Below, piece by piece: positions 20,909 to 30,458 of a stretch of 64,000 bases of DNA. The notes below the pieces were generated by a model that was not told the DNA's origin, ran no database searches, and saw only the letters and a program-made list of their open reading frames with translations. The stretch is from assembly GCA_045535075.1 (NCBI GenBank), contig JAZSKX010000014.1:32001-96000 (forward strand). The letters are read 5' to 3'. A program made the translations under genes and the position numbers. How positions within the stretch are numbered: the first letter of the stretch is position 1; each line of letters begins with the position of its first letter. The stretch comes from Candidatus Spyradenecus sp. (GTDB lineage: Bacteria; Verrucomicrobiota; Verrucomicrobiia; Opitutales; UBA953).

Positions 20909-22921
20909 ATGAGTTGCCCGAATTGTCAGAAAAAGAAATCGGAAGTAAGCGTTCCCGCGAAGGGTGAGGGAGCCTGTTGCGGCGGCACGAAGCGTGCGCC
21001 TTCCCGCGAAGCGCTTTGCCTTTGGGTCGCGTTTGCAAGTCTTGTTGCAAGTTTCGCAATTACGTATTTTGAATTGCCGCTTCCCGGCTTTCCACTGAGT
21101 GATCCGGCCTGGATTGCGGTTTTTCTTTGCGGCTTTCCGATTTTGCGAGTCGCTGTTGAATCGCTTTTTCTTTCGAAAAAAATCTCTTCGGCGCTTTTGG
21201 TTTCCGTCGGAATTCTTGCTGCTATCGCATTGCAGTTTTTTATGAGTTTCGGTGCAAATGCTGCGGGAACGCATTGCCACGACAGTTATATTTTCGCCGC
21301 AGGTGAAATCGCGTTTTTGATGGCGCTCGGCGAAATGCTCGAAAATCGGACCTTGCGGAAAACGCGCGAAGGGATTGAGGCTCTCGTACGCGTTTCCCCG
21401 AAGCTGGCGACGCGGATCAAGCCTTGCGGGAACACCGAAAGTATTCCCGTGGAAGCGCTTGAAATCGGCGATTGCGTTGTTGTGCGTTCGGACGAAATGA
21501 TTCCCGTTGACGGTGTCATCGTCGAAGGAACGAGTTCCGTCAATCAGGCTTCGCTGACCGGCGAGGGGCTCCCTCTGGATAAAATGCCGGGCGATACGGT
21601 TTTGGCGGGAACGCGTAACCTCCACGGCGTGCTGACGGTGCGTGTGACGAAGCGTTCCGGCGATACGGCGATTGCGCGCTTGATTCGCCTTGTCGAAGAA
21701 GCCGAAGCGAAAAAAGCGCCGATTCAGCATGTTGCTGATCGCTGGGCATCGAAAATTGTTCCCGCGGCGATTCTTTTTTCAGTGGCGGTTTTCGCATTTG
21801 CGTTTTGGTTTTTAGGTGTCGGCGCGGAAGCGGCGCTTGTTCGCGGGGTAACGATTCTTGTTGTCTTTTGCCCTTGTGCGTTTGCGTTGGCAACACCGAC
21901 TGCGATTGCGGCGGGTATCGGAAATGCGGCGCGTCGCGGAGTGCTTATTAAAAGCGGCGCGGCGCTCGAACGCCTTGCGGAAACGGATACGGCGGTTTTC
22001 GACAAGACGGGAACGCTGACGCGTGCGGAATTGCGCGTGCAGGCGATTTTCCCGGCAAACGGATTTTCTGAAAAAGAAATTTTGGAGTTTTGCGGTGCGG
22101 CGGAGAAACATTCGCAGCATCCGATTGCGCGTGCGATTGTTGCTGCCTGCGGGAATGCGTCGTTGCCGTTTGCGGAAGATTTTAAAACCGAAAACGGAGT
22201 CGGCATTTCCTGCAAAATCGGCGGGAAAAACGTGGAAGTTTCTTCCCGTCGGGCATTGGAAAAATCGCTTTCTCCGGAAGAAGAAGATTTTTCAAACGCA
22301 CATGCGAATCGCGGAGAAAGTCTCGTGTTTCTTGCGATTAACGGGACTCTCTCCGGGATCATTGCGCTTTCGGATACGCTTCGCGAGGGCGTTCCCGCGA
22401 CTGTGCGTTCTCTAAAAAATGCGGGAATTCGTACCGTGATGCTCACGGGAGATAATCGAGCTGCGGGATCGTACGCCGCGAAGCTTGCCGGGGTTGATTC
22501 CGTTTTTTCCGAGTTGCTTCCGGAAGATAAGGCAAATGCCTTGAATCGTTTGCGTAAAGAGGGCGTGCGCGGCTTGCTAATGGTCGGCGACGGCGTGAAT
22601 GACGCGCCCGCGCTTGCGGCGGCGGATTGTTCGGTCGCGATGGGTGCGCTCGGCTCGGAACTTGCCGTCGAGACGGCGGAAATTGCGTTGTTAAACGATC
22701 GTATTGAGTTCGTTCCCGCGCTGATTAAATTTTCGAAAACGGTTTTGCGGACAATTCATTCGAACTTTGCGATTTCGATTCTGATCAATTTGAGCTCGGT
22801 TGTGCTCAGTGCGGCGGGAATTCTTGATCCTGTCAGCGGAGCGCTTGTTCACAATGCGTCGTCGTTGTTGGTCGTGATGAATTCGGCATCGCTGCTCACT
22901 CGGAAATTTGATACACGTTAA
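20909..22921 (+). CDS. Heavy-metal translocating P1B-type ATPase
   Basis: LTGE, intramembrane CPC, DKTGTLT, HP, MLTGD, GDGVNDAPALA; short Cys-rich N-terminus. Confidence 0.93.
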   Translation: MSCPNCQKKKSEVSVPAKGEGACCGGTKRAPSREALCLWVAFASLVASFAITYFELPLPGFPLSDPAWIAVFLCGFPILRVAVESLFLSKKISSALLVSVGILAAIALQFFMSFGANAAGTHCHDSYIFAAGEIAFLMALGEMLENRTLRKTREGIEALVRVSPKLATRIKPCGNTESIPVEALEIGDCVVVRSDEMIPVDGVIVEGTSSVNQASLTGEGLPLDKMPGDTVLAGTRNLHGVLTVRVTKRSGDTAIARLIRLVEEAEAKKAPIQHVADRWASKIVPAAILFSVAVFAFAFWFLGVGAEAALVRGVTILVVFCPCAFALATPTAIAAGIGNAARRGVLIKSGAALERLAETDTAVFDKTGTLTRAELRVQAIFPANGFSEKEILEFCGAAEKHSQHPIARAIVAACGNASLPFAEDFKTENGVGISCKIGGKNVEVSSRRALEKSLSPEEEDFSNAHANRGESLVFLAINGTLSGIIALSDTLREGVPATVRSLKNAGIRTVMLTGDNRAAGSYAAKLAGVDSVFSELLPEDKANALNRLRKEGVRGLLMVGDGVNDAPALAAADCSVAMGALGSELAVETAEIALLNDRIEFVPALIKFSKTVLRTIHSNFAISILINLSSVVLSAAGILDPVSGALVHNASSLLVVMNSASLLTRKFDTR

Positions 22922-22924
22922 GAC

Positions 22925-23254
22925 ATGTCCAAAGAAAAAGCACTTCAGCTGTTTCGTTCTCCGCCGCACAATTACAATTGTGCGCAAACTGTTGCCGCCG
23001 GCTTCGGGAACGAAGATTTTATCGAACCTTTTAAAGCATGCGGCGGCGGGCGCGCTCCCGAAGGGCTTTGCGGTGCGCTTCATGCGGCGATGGAATTGGC
23101 GCCGGAAGCCAAGCGCGCGGAAATTCTTGAGGCGTTTCGCCAAAAAAACGGAGCGATTAGCTGTCGTGAATTGAAGCAAACGTTTCGTGTTCCCTGCCCG
23201 CAGTGCGTTGCCGTTGCCGCCGAGCTTTTGGAAAAAGCGAAAGCCGGTGCGTAA
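22925..23254 (+). CDS. C-GCAxxG-C-C family putative redox-active protein
   Basis: YNCAQTV, GGG..GLCGAL, GAISCREL, CPQCV; starts 3 bp after the ATPase. Confidence 0.8.
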   Translation: MSKEKALQLFRSPPHNYNCAQTVAAGFGNEDFIEPFKACGGGRAPEGLCGALHAAMELAPEAKRAEILEAFRQKNGAISCRELKQTFRVPCPQCVAVAAELLEKAKAGA

Positions 23255-23305
23255 GCGCTTTTCTTTTGATTCGAGCCGCGGGAACGCGCATACTCAGCAA
23301 TCACT

Positions 23306-23878
23306 ATGAATCCCGAAATCCAAGAAGAAGTTCTCAATATTTTCAAAGAAAGCGGCGCATTATTGTCCGGACATTTTATTTTGCGCAGCGGATTGCACAG
23401 CGCGAATTATTTTCAGTGTGCGCAGGTTTGCCAATACATGGACAAGGTTTCGCGTCTTGTTGAATTGCTTTTGCCGAAGCTGAAAGATCTTGGTGTCGAA
23501 ACCGTACTTGCTCCCGCAATGGGCGGCTTGGTTGTCGGTCAGGAAATTGCGCGTCAACTCGGTGTCCGCTTTATTTTTGCGGAAAAAGAAGACAACAAGC
23601 TGGTGCTTCGTCGTAATTTTAAAATTGCCCCCGGCGAAAAAATTCTTGTCGCCGAAGACGTGGTTACGCGCGGCGGTCGCGTCATCGAATGCGCGGATAT
23701 TATCAAGGCTTGGGGCGGTGTTCCCGTCGCCTGCGCGATGCTTGTCGATCGTTCCGCCGGAAACGCGACGCTTCCGATGCCGGCAGTTTCCCTGCTTGAA
23801 CTCTCGTTCCCGACTTATCAGCCGGATGCGCTCCCGCCGGAGCTTGCGGCGATTCCCGCCGTTCATCCCGGGTCTTAA
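23306..23878 (+). CDS. pyrE: Orotate phosphoribosyltransferase
   Basis: GHFILRSGLHS, VAEDVVTRGG PRPP-binding loop. Confidence 0.93.
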   Translation: MNPEIQEEVLNIFKESGALLSGHFILRSGLHSANYFQCAQVCQYMDKVSRLVELLLPKLKDLGVETVLAPAMGGLVVGQEIARQLGVRFIFAEKEDNKLVLRRNFKIAPGEKILVAEDVVTRGGRVIECADIIKAWGGVPVACAMLVDRSAGNATLPMPAVSLLELSFPTYQPDALPPELAAIPAVHPGS

Positions 23879-23891
23879 ATTGTTTTTCGAC

Positions 23892-23929
23892 AAAAAGCCG
23901 TTCCCGCAACAAGCGGAAACGGCTTTTTT
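23892..23929. terminator. Bidirectional terminator (pyrE / ruvC); left arm is the motif
   Basis: AAAAAGCCGTTCCCGC-n5-GCGGAAACGGCTTTTT with one mismatch. Confidence 0.8.
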
Positions 23930-24563
23930 AATTTTCGCGGAAAGTGTAGGCGTGGCAAAGCGCGGCGGCGGCGGCATCGGATTCGTCAAACGGAAGTGTT
24001 TCGCTCAAATGAAGAATCTGCTTTGTCATGCCGGCGACTTGCGCTTTTCCCGCACGCCCGAATCCGACGACTGCCTGTTTGATGCGCAAAGGCGGATACT
24101 CGAAAACCGGTTTGCCGATAACGTTTGCTGCCGCAATCGCCGCGCCGCGAGCCGCACCGAGGACTTGAGCGACTTTGAAGTTGTTGACGTAAATGGTTTC
24201 TTCGAGCGCAACGTGGCGAATCGGATATTCGTGGCAACAGTCCGAGCAAAGTTTGTAGATTTCGCCGAGGCAATCGGCGAGCGGGAGCGTCGGCTTGAGG
24301 CGAAGTGTTCGGGAAAAATAAAGCTTCGGGTCTTCGTGTAATGAAAACTTAACTACGGCAAATCCGCTCCCGCGCAAGCTCGGGTCGATGCCGAGAACGA
24401 ACCCTTCGTAGGGAAGGCGTTTGCCCGGAATGATTTCAGCGTTGCGGTGTTTCTCGGGAAGGCGCTCGATTAAATTATTGCGTGCATTCTGCGGTGCGCT
24501 GTTTTTTGAGGCGTTCCCGCCGCCGAGAATTTTCTGAGTCCAAAGGTTGCGAGCCGACGGCAT
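23928..24563 (-). CDS. ruvC: Holliday junction resolvase
   Basis: VLGIDPS, ALEE, ARGAAI, IKQAVVGFGRAGKAQV, DESDAAA. Confidence 0.93.
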   Translation of the reverse strand: MPSARNLWTQKILGGGNASKNSAPQNARNNLIERLPEKHRNAEIIPGKRLPYEGFVLGIDPSLRGSGFAVVKFSLHEDPKLYFSRTLRLKPTLPLADCLGEIYKLCSDCCHEYPIRHVALEETIYVNNFKVAQVLGAARGAAIAAANVIGKPVFEYPPLRIKQAVVGFGRAGKAQVAGMTKQILHLSETLPFDESDAAAAALCHAYTFREN

Positions 24564-24564
24564 T

Positions 24565-25443
24565 TTACGAAATCCGTTTTTGCATTTGGGAAATTAATGC
24601 GATGAGAAAATCCGTGTTCCCGCCGATTTTTTTGCATGTTTCGGTCGCATGCTCGGAAAGCGCGTTTGCGCGTTCCCGCGATTTTTGTATTCCGTGAAAG
24701 CGCGGATAGGTGAGCTTGCGGTTTTCGAGGTCGGCGCGAACGGGTTTTCCCATTGTCTCCGCGTCGCCGGTTTCGTCTAAAATATCGTCGATAATTTGAA
24801 AGGCGATGCCGATGTCGTGTCCGATTTCGCGGGCGGATTTTCGTATCTCGTCAGGCGCATTTCCGAGGACGAAGCCCATTTCGACTGCGGCAGTAATGAG
24901 CGCGGCGGTCTTGTTTTCGTGGATGAAATCGAGCCGTTCGGCGGAGGCTTCGCCGCGTTCGCCTATCATGTCTTCGACTTGCCCGCCGATGAGTTCCCGC
25001 GAGCCGGCGGCTTTGCCGAGAATGCGGATGAGTTTTACCGCGAGCTCCGGTTTGTCGGCGTAAGCGTCCGCAAGCAGAGTAAGCGCGTGCGTGAGCAGGG
25101 CATCGCCGGCGAGTAGGGCAATCGGTTCGTCGAATGCCTTGTGGCAAGTCGGTTTTCCGCGCCGCAAATCCGAATTATCCATGCAGGGCAAATCGTCGTG
25201 GATCAGCGAATACGTGTGCAGGCATTCGACGGCGACGGCGGCGGGAAGCGGGTTGTTTTCTGAAGGGAAAATTTCAAATGCGGCAAGCAGAAGAATCGGG
25301 CGAATACGTTTCCCGCCCGCATTTAAGCTGTAATTCATGGCGCGGTGCAGCAGAGCGGGGCGCGTGGTTTCTGCGGGAACGTATTGCGCGAAGGCATGTT
25401 CGATGCGAGCGGCGTATTCTTTGACTTTTTCGGAGATCGACAT
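24565..25443 (-). CDS. ispA: Farnesyl/geranylgeranyl diphosphate synthase
   Basis: GGKRIRP, SLIHDDLPCMD..RRGKPT, FQIIDDILD. Confidence 0.92.
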   Translation of the reverse strand: MSISEKVKEYAARIEHAFAQYVPAETTRPALLHRAMNYSLNAGGKRIRPILLLAAFEIFPSENNPLPAAVAVECLHTYSLIHDDLPCMDNSDLRRGKPTCHKAFDEPIALLAGDALLTHALTLLADAYADKPELAVKLIRILGKAAGSRELIGGQVEDMIGERGEASAERLDFIHENKTAALITAAVEMGFVLGNAPDEIRKSAREIGHDIGIAFQIIDDILDETGDAETMGKPVRADLENRKLTYPRFHGIQKSRERANALSEHATETCKKIGGNTDFLIALISQMQKRIS

Positions 25444-25568
25444 ACATAAATGGAAAAACCGGAAGCCGCGAAAGGCGAGAAAAATTTCGCCGTAAAATAG
25501 GCAGTCCGGAGGGAAGAGGAGGGGAAAAATTTGCTATTTCGGGGAAAAATCGTTGCAATGGACAAATT

Positions 25569-26033
25569 ATGGCAAAAGTAGACTTGGATATTTTACAACT
25601 CGTTCTGGCACGCAATAACGTCGATGCGCGTATGACGGCGAAAATTATTTCCGAAATTCAGGAGGAAATTAAGCTCGAACAGATGGAAAACAAAGAAAAC
25701 AAGGTTCCCGCCGCGAAGAAAAAATATGTTTTCGTCGCTTGCGACCCGAACGGCGTCTTGGAAGATCAGGAGCTGACCGGCTATGTCGTGCAAATTCCTG
25801 AAGATGAAAGCGAATTTACCGCGACGGAAAAAATTACGGTCGCCGCCTACGAATACAACCGCACGCGCAAAGGGCGACGCAATCCCGTGAAAACGATTGC
25901 CGAAGCTTGCGAGTTCGTTCCCGCAAAATTTTTCAAGGATCAAAATGTTTGGGTGAAAAACAAAGAAGCCGCTTTCCTGCTTCCGACGGACAATATCATT
26001 CCGACCGAAACCAAGCTGAAATCCTTCGAATAA
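25569..26033 (+). CDS. Hypothetical protein
   Basis: 154-aa ORF with protein-like composition filling the gap between ispA and a terminator. Confidence 0.75.
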   Translation: MAKVDLDILQLVLARNNVDARMTAKIISEIQEEIKLEQMENKENKVPAAKKKYVFVACDPNGVLEDQELTGYVVQIPEDESEFTATEKITVAAYEYNRTRKGRRNPVKTIAEACEFVPAKFFKDQNVWVKNKEAAFLLPTDNIIPTETKLKSFE

Positions 26034-26051
26034 TCTAACGAAAAATCGTAC

Positions 26052-26094
26052 AAAAAAGCGTTCCCGTGAAGTTTATCACGGGAACGCTTTTTTT
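26052..26094. terminator. Bidirectional terminator (hypothetical / galE) formed by an inverted motif pair
   Basis: AAAAAAGCGTTCCCGTGA-n6-TCACGGGAACGCTTTTTT, perfect stem. Confidence 0.9.
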
Positions 26095-26112
26095 AGGCTC
26101 TAAGCCTTAATC

Positions 26113-27129
26113 TTAGCCTTCGTAGCCGTTCGGATTCATCGACTGCCACTTCCAGCTGGACGCGCACATGTCGTCGAGCGTATGCGTGGCTTCCCAGCCG
26201 AGAAGTTCCTTGGCGTATTTCGGGTCGGCGTAGCATTCCGGAGCATCGCCCGGGCGGCGCGGCGCAATCGCATACGGAATGTCTTTTCCGCAGGCTTTGG
26301 AAAACGCTTTAATCATTTCGAGGACGGAATAGCCCGTTCCCGTGCCGAGATTGACGGTGTAAATTTCACCCGGCGTTTTTTCGAGCTTCTTGAGCGCGGC
26401 GAGGTGCCCGCGAGCGAGGTCGACGACGTGGATGTAGTCGCGAACGCCCGTGCCGTCTTTCGTCGGGTAGTCATCGCCGAAGACGTTGACCTTCGGGAGG
26501 CGACCGACGGCGACTTGCGCGATGTAGGGCATGAGGTTGTTCGGAATGCCGTTCGGGTTTTCGCCGATGCGTCCCGACGGGTGCGCGCCGACGGGATTGA
26601 AGTAGCGCAGAAGCACGACGCCGAGATCCGGTTCCGCAGCCTTGACGTCGGAAATGACGCGTTCGAGGAAGAGCTTTGTTGCGCCGTAAGGATTGAGCGC
26701 TCCCGTGGAGCAACCTTCGTCCAGCGGTACTTTTTCCGGCATACCGTAAACCGTTGCCGAGGAGGAAAACACGATGTTGCGGCAACCGTATTTTTTCATC
26801 AAATCGAGCAGGTTGAACGTTCCCGTCATGTTGTTGTGGTAGTAGAACAACGGCTTGGCGACGGATTCGCCGACGGCTTTCAGCCCTGCAAAGTGGATGA
26901 CGGCGTCAAATTTATGCGTTTTGAAAACTTCTTCAAGAGCCGCGTAGTCGAGCAAATCGACTTTGTGGAATTCCGGCGTCTTGCCCGCGAGTTCCGCGCC
27001 GCGTTTGACGGCTTCTTCCTGCGAGTTGTAAAGGTTGTCGACAATCGTGATGTCGTAGCCTGCCTGGAGCAGTTCGATGACGGTGTGCGTGCCGATGTAG
27101 CCGGCGCCTCCGGTAACGAGAATTCTCAT
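26113..27129 (-). CDS. galE: UDP-glucose 4-epimerase
   Basis: [49 protein letters not shown] 27129. Confidence 0.96.
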   Translation of the reverse strand: MRILVTGGAGYIGTHTVIELLQAGYDITIVDNLYNSQEEAVKRGAELAGKTPEFHKVDLLDYAALEEVFKTHKFDAVIHFAGLKAVGESVAKPLFYYHNNMTGTFNLLDLMKKYGCRNIVFSSSATVYGMPEKVPLDEGCSTGALNPYGATKLFLERVISDVKAAEPDLGVVLLRYFNPVGAHPSGRIGENPNGIPNNLMPYIAQVAVGRLPKVNVFGDDYPTKDGTGVRDYIHVVDLARGHLAALKKLEKTPGEIYTVNLGTGTGYSVLEMIKAFSKACGKDIPYAIAPRRPGDAPECYADPKYAKELLGWEATHTLDDMCASSWKWQSMNPNGYEG

Positions 27130-27271
27130 AATATTTTTGTGTTGTGGGTTAATTGGAAAAGAAGTTCCCACTGCGGGAACGAATGGGGATTCTATGCTTC
27201 AAAAGCTTGTTCCTACAAGTCTATTTTCGGAATGGATCGCACGGGAACGGCGTTTGTGTTATGATTCGCGC

Positions 27272-28093
27272 ATGCAAGAAAATCACGGAAATTTCAGAGA
27301 TGTTTTTCTTTACGGAAAGGCTGCCGTTCAAGCGGCTTTCAAGTTTCGGCGGATTGCGATTGAAAAACTTTTTTTAACGGCGGAAAACCATAAGACGTTT
27401 TCCGAGCTTTGCTCTTGGCTTGCTTCCGAGCGGCGTCCGTATGAGTCGCAGGATTTCAACGCGCTTTCCCGCATGGTCGGAAGTACAAAGCACGAAGGCG
27501 TTGTTGCGATTACACGTCGTCCCGTTCCCGCGAGCATTCGTCCCGTTATGCGGGATGAATGGCATGCCGCCGGAGAGAAAATTCTTTTTATCGACGGTGT
27601 CGAAGATGCCGCGGAGCTTGCCCGTCTGGCGCACGTTGCGGCGGTTTGCGGAATTTCCCGTTTGATCGTTTCCGAAAATGCCGTTCCCGCATTGATGAGT
27701 GCGGACGCATGGAGCCTTTCGGCAGGAGCGTTAGATGTGCTCAAAATTTATTCCACGGAATCGATGGCAGGATTACTTCGCATGATGCGTGAAAAATTCT
27801 TCATCGTCGGTGCGGTGCGTGAAGGCGGGCGCCGTATTGATTATTCCAAGCCGATTGCGTTTCCCGGGCATCCGGTGGCGCTTTATGTCAGCGGGGATTC
27901 CAACGGTGTTCCCGCTGATTTGGTTGCTCGATTCGATTATTTACTCCACATTGCGGAACCGACGGATGCGTTTTTCCGCTATTCGCCTTCGGAGATTGCG
28001 ACACACTTGCTTCCGTGGCTGAACGCCAAAATCAAGAAACCCGGCGAAGGATTTTTTGCCCGGAAAAAAGAACGCTCCGGAAAACGTAATTAA
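27272..28093 (+). CDS. SpoU/TrmH (RlmB-like) RNA methyltransferase homologue with degenerate catalytic motifs
   Basis: N-terminal YG..AV..A...HEGVVA substrate-binding-like domain, IDGVED, SAGA; the NLG..R, GxE and SLNV motifs are altered. Confidence 0.65.
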   Translation: MQENHGNFRDVFLYGKAAVQAAFKFRRIAIEKLFLTAENHKTFSELCSWLASERRPYESQDFNALSRMVGSTKHEGVVAITRRPVPASIRPVMRDEWHAAGEKILFIDGVEDAAELARLAHVAAVCGISRLIVSENAVPALMSADAWSLSAGALDVLKIYSTESMAGLLRMMREKFFIVGAVREGGRRIDYSKPIAFPGHPVALYVSGDSNGVPADLVARFDYLLHIAEPTDAFFRYSPSEIATHLLPWLNAKIKKPGEGFFARKKERSGKRN

Positions 28094-28107
28094 ATTTTAC
28101 AAACAAA

Positions 28108-29538
28108 ATGTTAAACGGCGCATTTGTCGAAAAAACGCTTGGCGCGAAATGGCGCGGCGGGAACGTTCCCGGAAAAATCGCGGGCGCGGCAATTGATACG
28201 CGGAAAATTCTTCCCGGCGAAATTTTTATCGCCATCAAAACCGGAAATCGCGACGGGCACGATTTCCTCGAAACGGCGCGGGAACGCGGCGCGGCGGGAG
28301 CGCTCGTCTCGCGTTTTGTTCCTGAAGTCGCGCTTCCGCAAATTGTCGTTCCCGACACTGTCGCGGCTCTGCAGAAGCTCGCGGCGGCGCATCGCATCGA
28401 AAATTTCCGCGTCGGGAAAACGGTTTTCGGCGTTACGGGAAGCGTCGGGAAAACTTCGACGAAGGATTTACTCGCGCTGATTTTGTCGCAGGAAGCACCG
28501 ACCTTGGCGACGGAGAAAAATTTGAACAACACGCTCGGCGTTCCGCTTACGCTTTTGAAAATAAATCCGGGAGTCCACCGCTTTGCTGTGGTTGAATCGG
28601 GCATGAGCGTTCCCGGCGAACTTGGAGTCTCCGCGCAAATGATTTTTCCGGATGTCGCGTTGGTTACCAATGTCAAGCCGGCGCATCTCGAAGGCTTGGG
28701 CACAATGGAAAACATCGCGCGGGAAAAAGCCTCGCTCGCGGCGGATGTTCACGACGGGAGCGTGATTTTCAATGCGGATTTGTTGCAATACGAAAGTTTC
28801 CGAAAGATTCGCGCGGCATTTGCCGATGTGCTTTCCCGCAATGCGGAAGAAGCGACGCTTACAGAATCATGGAAGCAAAGCGATGAATTCGGAATCGCTT
28901 ATTTTGCGGATAGCGTCGCTTGCGAAATTCTGGATGCGGGAAATAATGTATTTTATTTAAAAATACAGGCGACGCACGAAAAGAAAGGTGTTTTTACCGT
29001 GCGGAACGTTTCGCGCGGCTTGGCGGAAAACGCGGCTTTGGCGATTCAGGCTGCGAGCGAATTCGTTTCGCCGGAAAAAATTCAGGCGGCACTTGATGCG
29101 TGGAAGCCGTCTGCAAATCGCGGCGAGGTGCGGGAACGCGCGTGCGGCGGAAAAATTTTTGTCGATTGCTACAATGCGTCTCCGGCATCGATGCTGGATT
29201 CGGCGGATGCTTTTGCGAAGCGTTTTGCGGGAACTCCGGAAATGCCGCGCCTTTTCGTGCTCGGCGGCATGGGAGAACTGGGGGAAACTTCGGAAGCCCT
29301 TCATCGCGAAGTCGGCGAAAAATTGCCGCTTTGTGCGGAGACGGATTTTCTTGCGCTTTTCGGCGGGAACGCCGCGCAAATCGGGCAGGGCGCAATCGCG
29401 GCGGGCTTTCCGCGGGAACGCGTGCGCGTGTTTGCGGATATTGACGCGCTTCGCGAATTCATCGCCGCGTTTCGCGGGAACGTCATGCTCAAAGGCTCGC
29501 GCGCTTTTGCCCTCGAGCGAGCAATCCCGGAGAATTAA
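28108..29538 (+). CDS. murF: UDP-MurNAc-tripeptide--D-Ala-D-Ala ligase
   Basis: DGHDF, GVTGSVGKTSTKD, NLNNTLGVPLT, DCYNASP, MGELG, LKGSR. Confidence 0.95.
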   Translation: MLNGAFVEKTLGAKWRGGNVPGKIAGAAIDTRKILPGEIFIAIKTGNRDGHDFLETARERGAAGALVSRFVPEVALPQIVVPDTVAALQKLAAAHRIENFRVGKTVFGVTGSVGKTSTKDLLALILSQEAPTLATEKNLNNTLGVPLTLLKINPGVHRFAVVESGMSVPGELGVSAQMIFPDVALVTNVKPAHLEGLGTMENIAREKASLAADVHDGSVIFNADLLQYESFRKIRAAFADVLSRNAEEATLTESWKQSDEFGIAYFADSVACEILDAGNNVFYLKIQATHEKKGVFTVRNVSRGLAENAALAIQAASEFVSPEKIQAALDAWKPSANRGEVRERACGGKIFVDCYNASPASMLDSADAFAKRFAGTPEMPRLFVLGGMGELGETSEALHREVGEKLPLCAETDFLALFGGNAAQIGQGAIAAGFPRERVRVFADIDALREFIAAFRGNVMLKGSRAFALERAIPEN

Positions 29539-29566
29539 GCCCTGCGAAATTTCGTCCTCCGGATAC

Positions 29567-29611
29567 AAAAGGACGCTCCCGCGAGAAATTCTGCGGGAGC
29601 GTCTTTCTTTT
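29567..29611. terminator. Bidirectional terminator (murF / sdhB); both arms are a one-base motif variant
   Basis: AAAAGGACGCTCCCGC...GCGGGAGCGTCTTTCTTTT. Confidence 0.8.
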
Positions 29612-29629
29612 AGACTCTAAACCTTTTGA

Positions 29630-30424
29630 TTAGGCTTTGACTTTTTTGCCGGTGGTCTTGAAGAGCTTCTTGACCGAGGCTACGGCGTAGTCGCGATTCA
29701 TCTTTGCGATGAAGTCGAGCGTTTGTCCTTTCGGGCAAACCGCTTGGCATTCGCCGAGGTTGGAGCAGTTACCGAATCCGGCTTCGTCCATTGCCTTGAC
29801 CATTGCGAGAACGCGTTTGTCCTTTTCAGGCTGTCCCTGCGGGAGCGAGTTGAGCTGCGTAACTTTCGAGGAAACGAAGAGCATCGCGGAAGCGTTTTTA
29901 CACGCAGCAACGCAAGCACCGCAACCGATGCATTCCGCAGCGTCCATCGCCGTGTCGGCGACTTCCTTCGGAATCGGCATGATGTTTGCGTCAATCGCGG
30001 AACCCGTGCGCACGGAAACGAAGCCGCCCGCCTGGATGATCTTGTCAAACGCCGTGCGATCAACGATGAGGTCGCGAATAACCGGGAACGGTTTTGCGCG
30101 CCAAGGCTCAATCGTGACGGTTTCGCCGTCCTTGAAGTGGCGCATGTGAAGCTGGCAGGTCGTTACGCCCGGGAGCGGACCGTGCGGCATCCCGTTAATC
30201 GTCATTGAGCACATCCCGCAAATGCCTTCGCGGCAGTCGTGGTCGAATGCGATCGGTTCTTTGCCTTGGGCGACGAGATCTTCATTGAGAATGTCAAGCA
30301 TTTCAAGGAAGGACGATCCCGTGGAGACATTCGAAACCTTGTGGGTTTCGAAGTAGCCTTGGGTGTTTGCGTCTTTTTGGCGCCAAACCTTGATTGTAAG
30401 AGAAATCGTTTTTTCTTCGGACAT
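29630..30424 (-). CDS. sdhB: Succinate dehydrogenase/fumarate reductase iron-sulfur subunit
   Basis: [17 protein letters not shown]...[13 protein letters not shown]. Confidence 0.95.
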   Translation of the reverse strand: MSEEKTISLTIKVWRQKDANTQGYFETHKVSNVSTGSSFLEMLDILNEDLVAQGKEPIAFDHDCREGICGMCSMTINGMPHGPLPGVTTCQLHMRHFKDGETVTIEPWRAKPFPVIRDLIVDRTAFDKIIQAGGFVSVRTGSAIDANIMPIPKEVADTAMDAAECIGCGACVAACKNASAMLFVSSKVTQLNSLPQGQPEKDKRVLAMVKAMDEAGFGNCSNLGECQAVCPKGQTLDFIAKMNRDYAVASVKKLFKTTGKKVKA

Positions 30425-30458
30425 GATTTATTCCTTATCTTTAAGCATTAAGCTCTCA

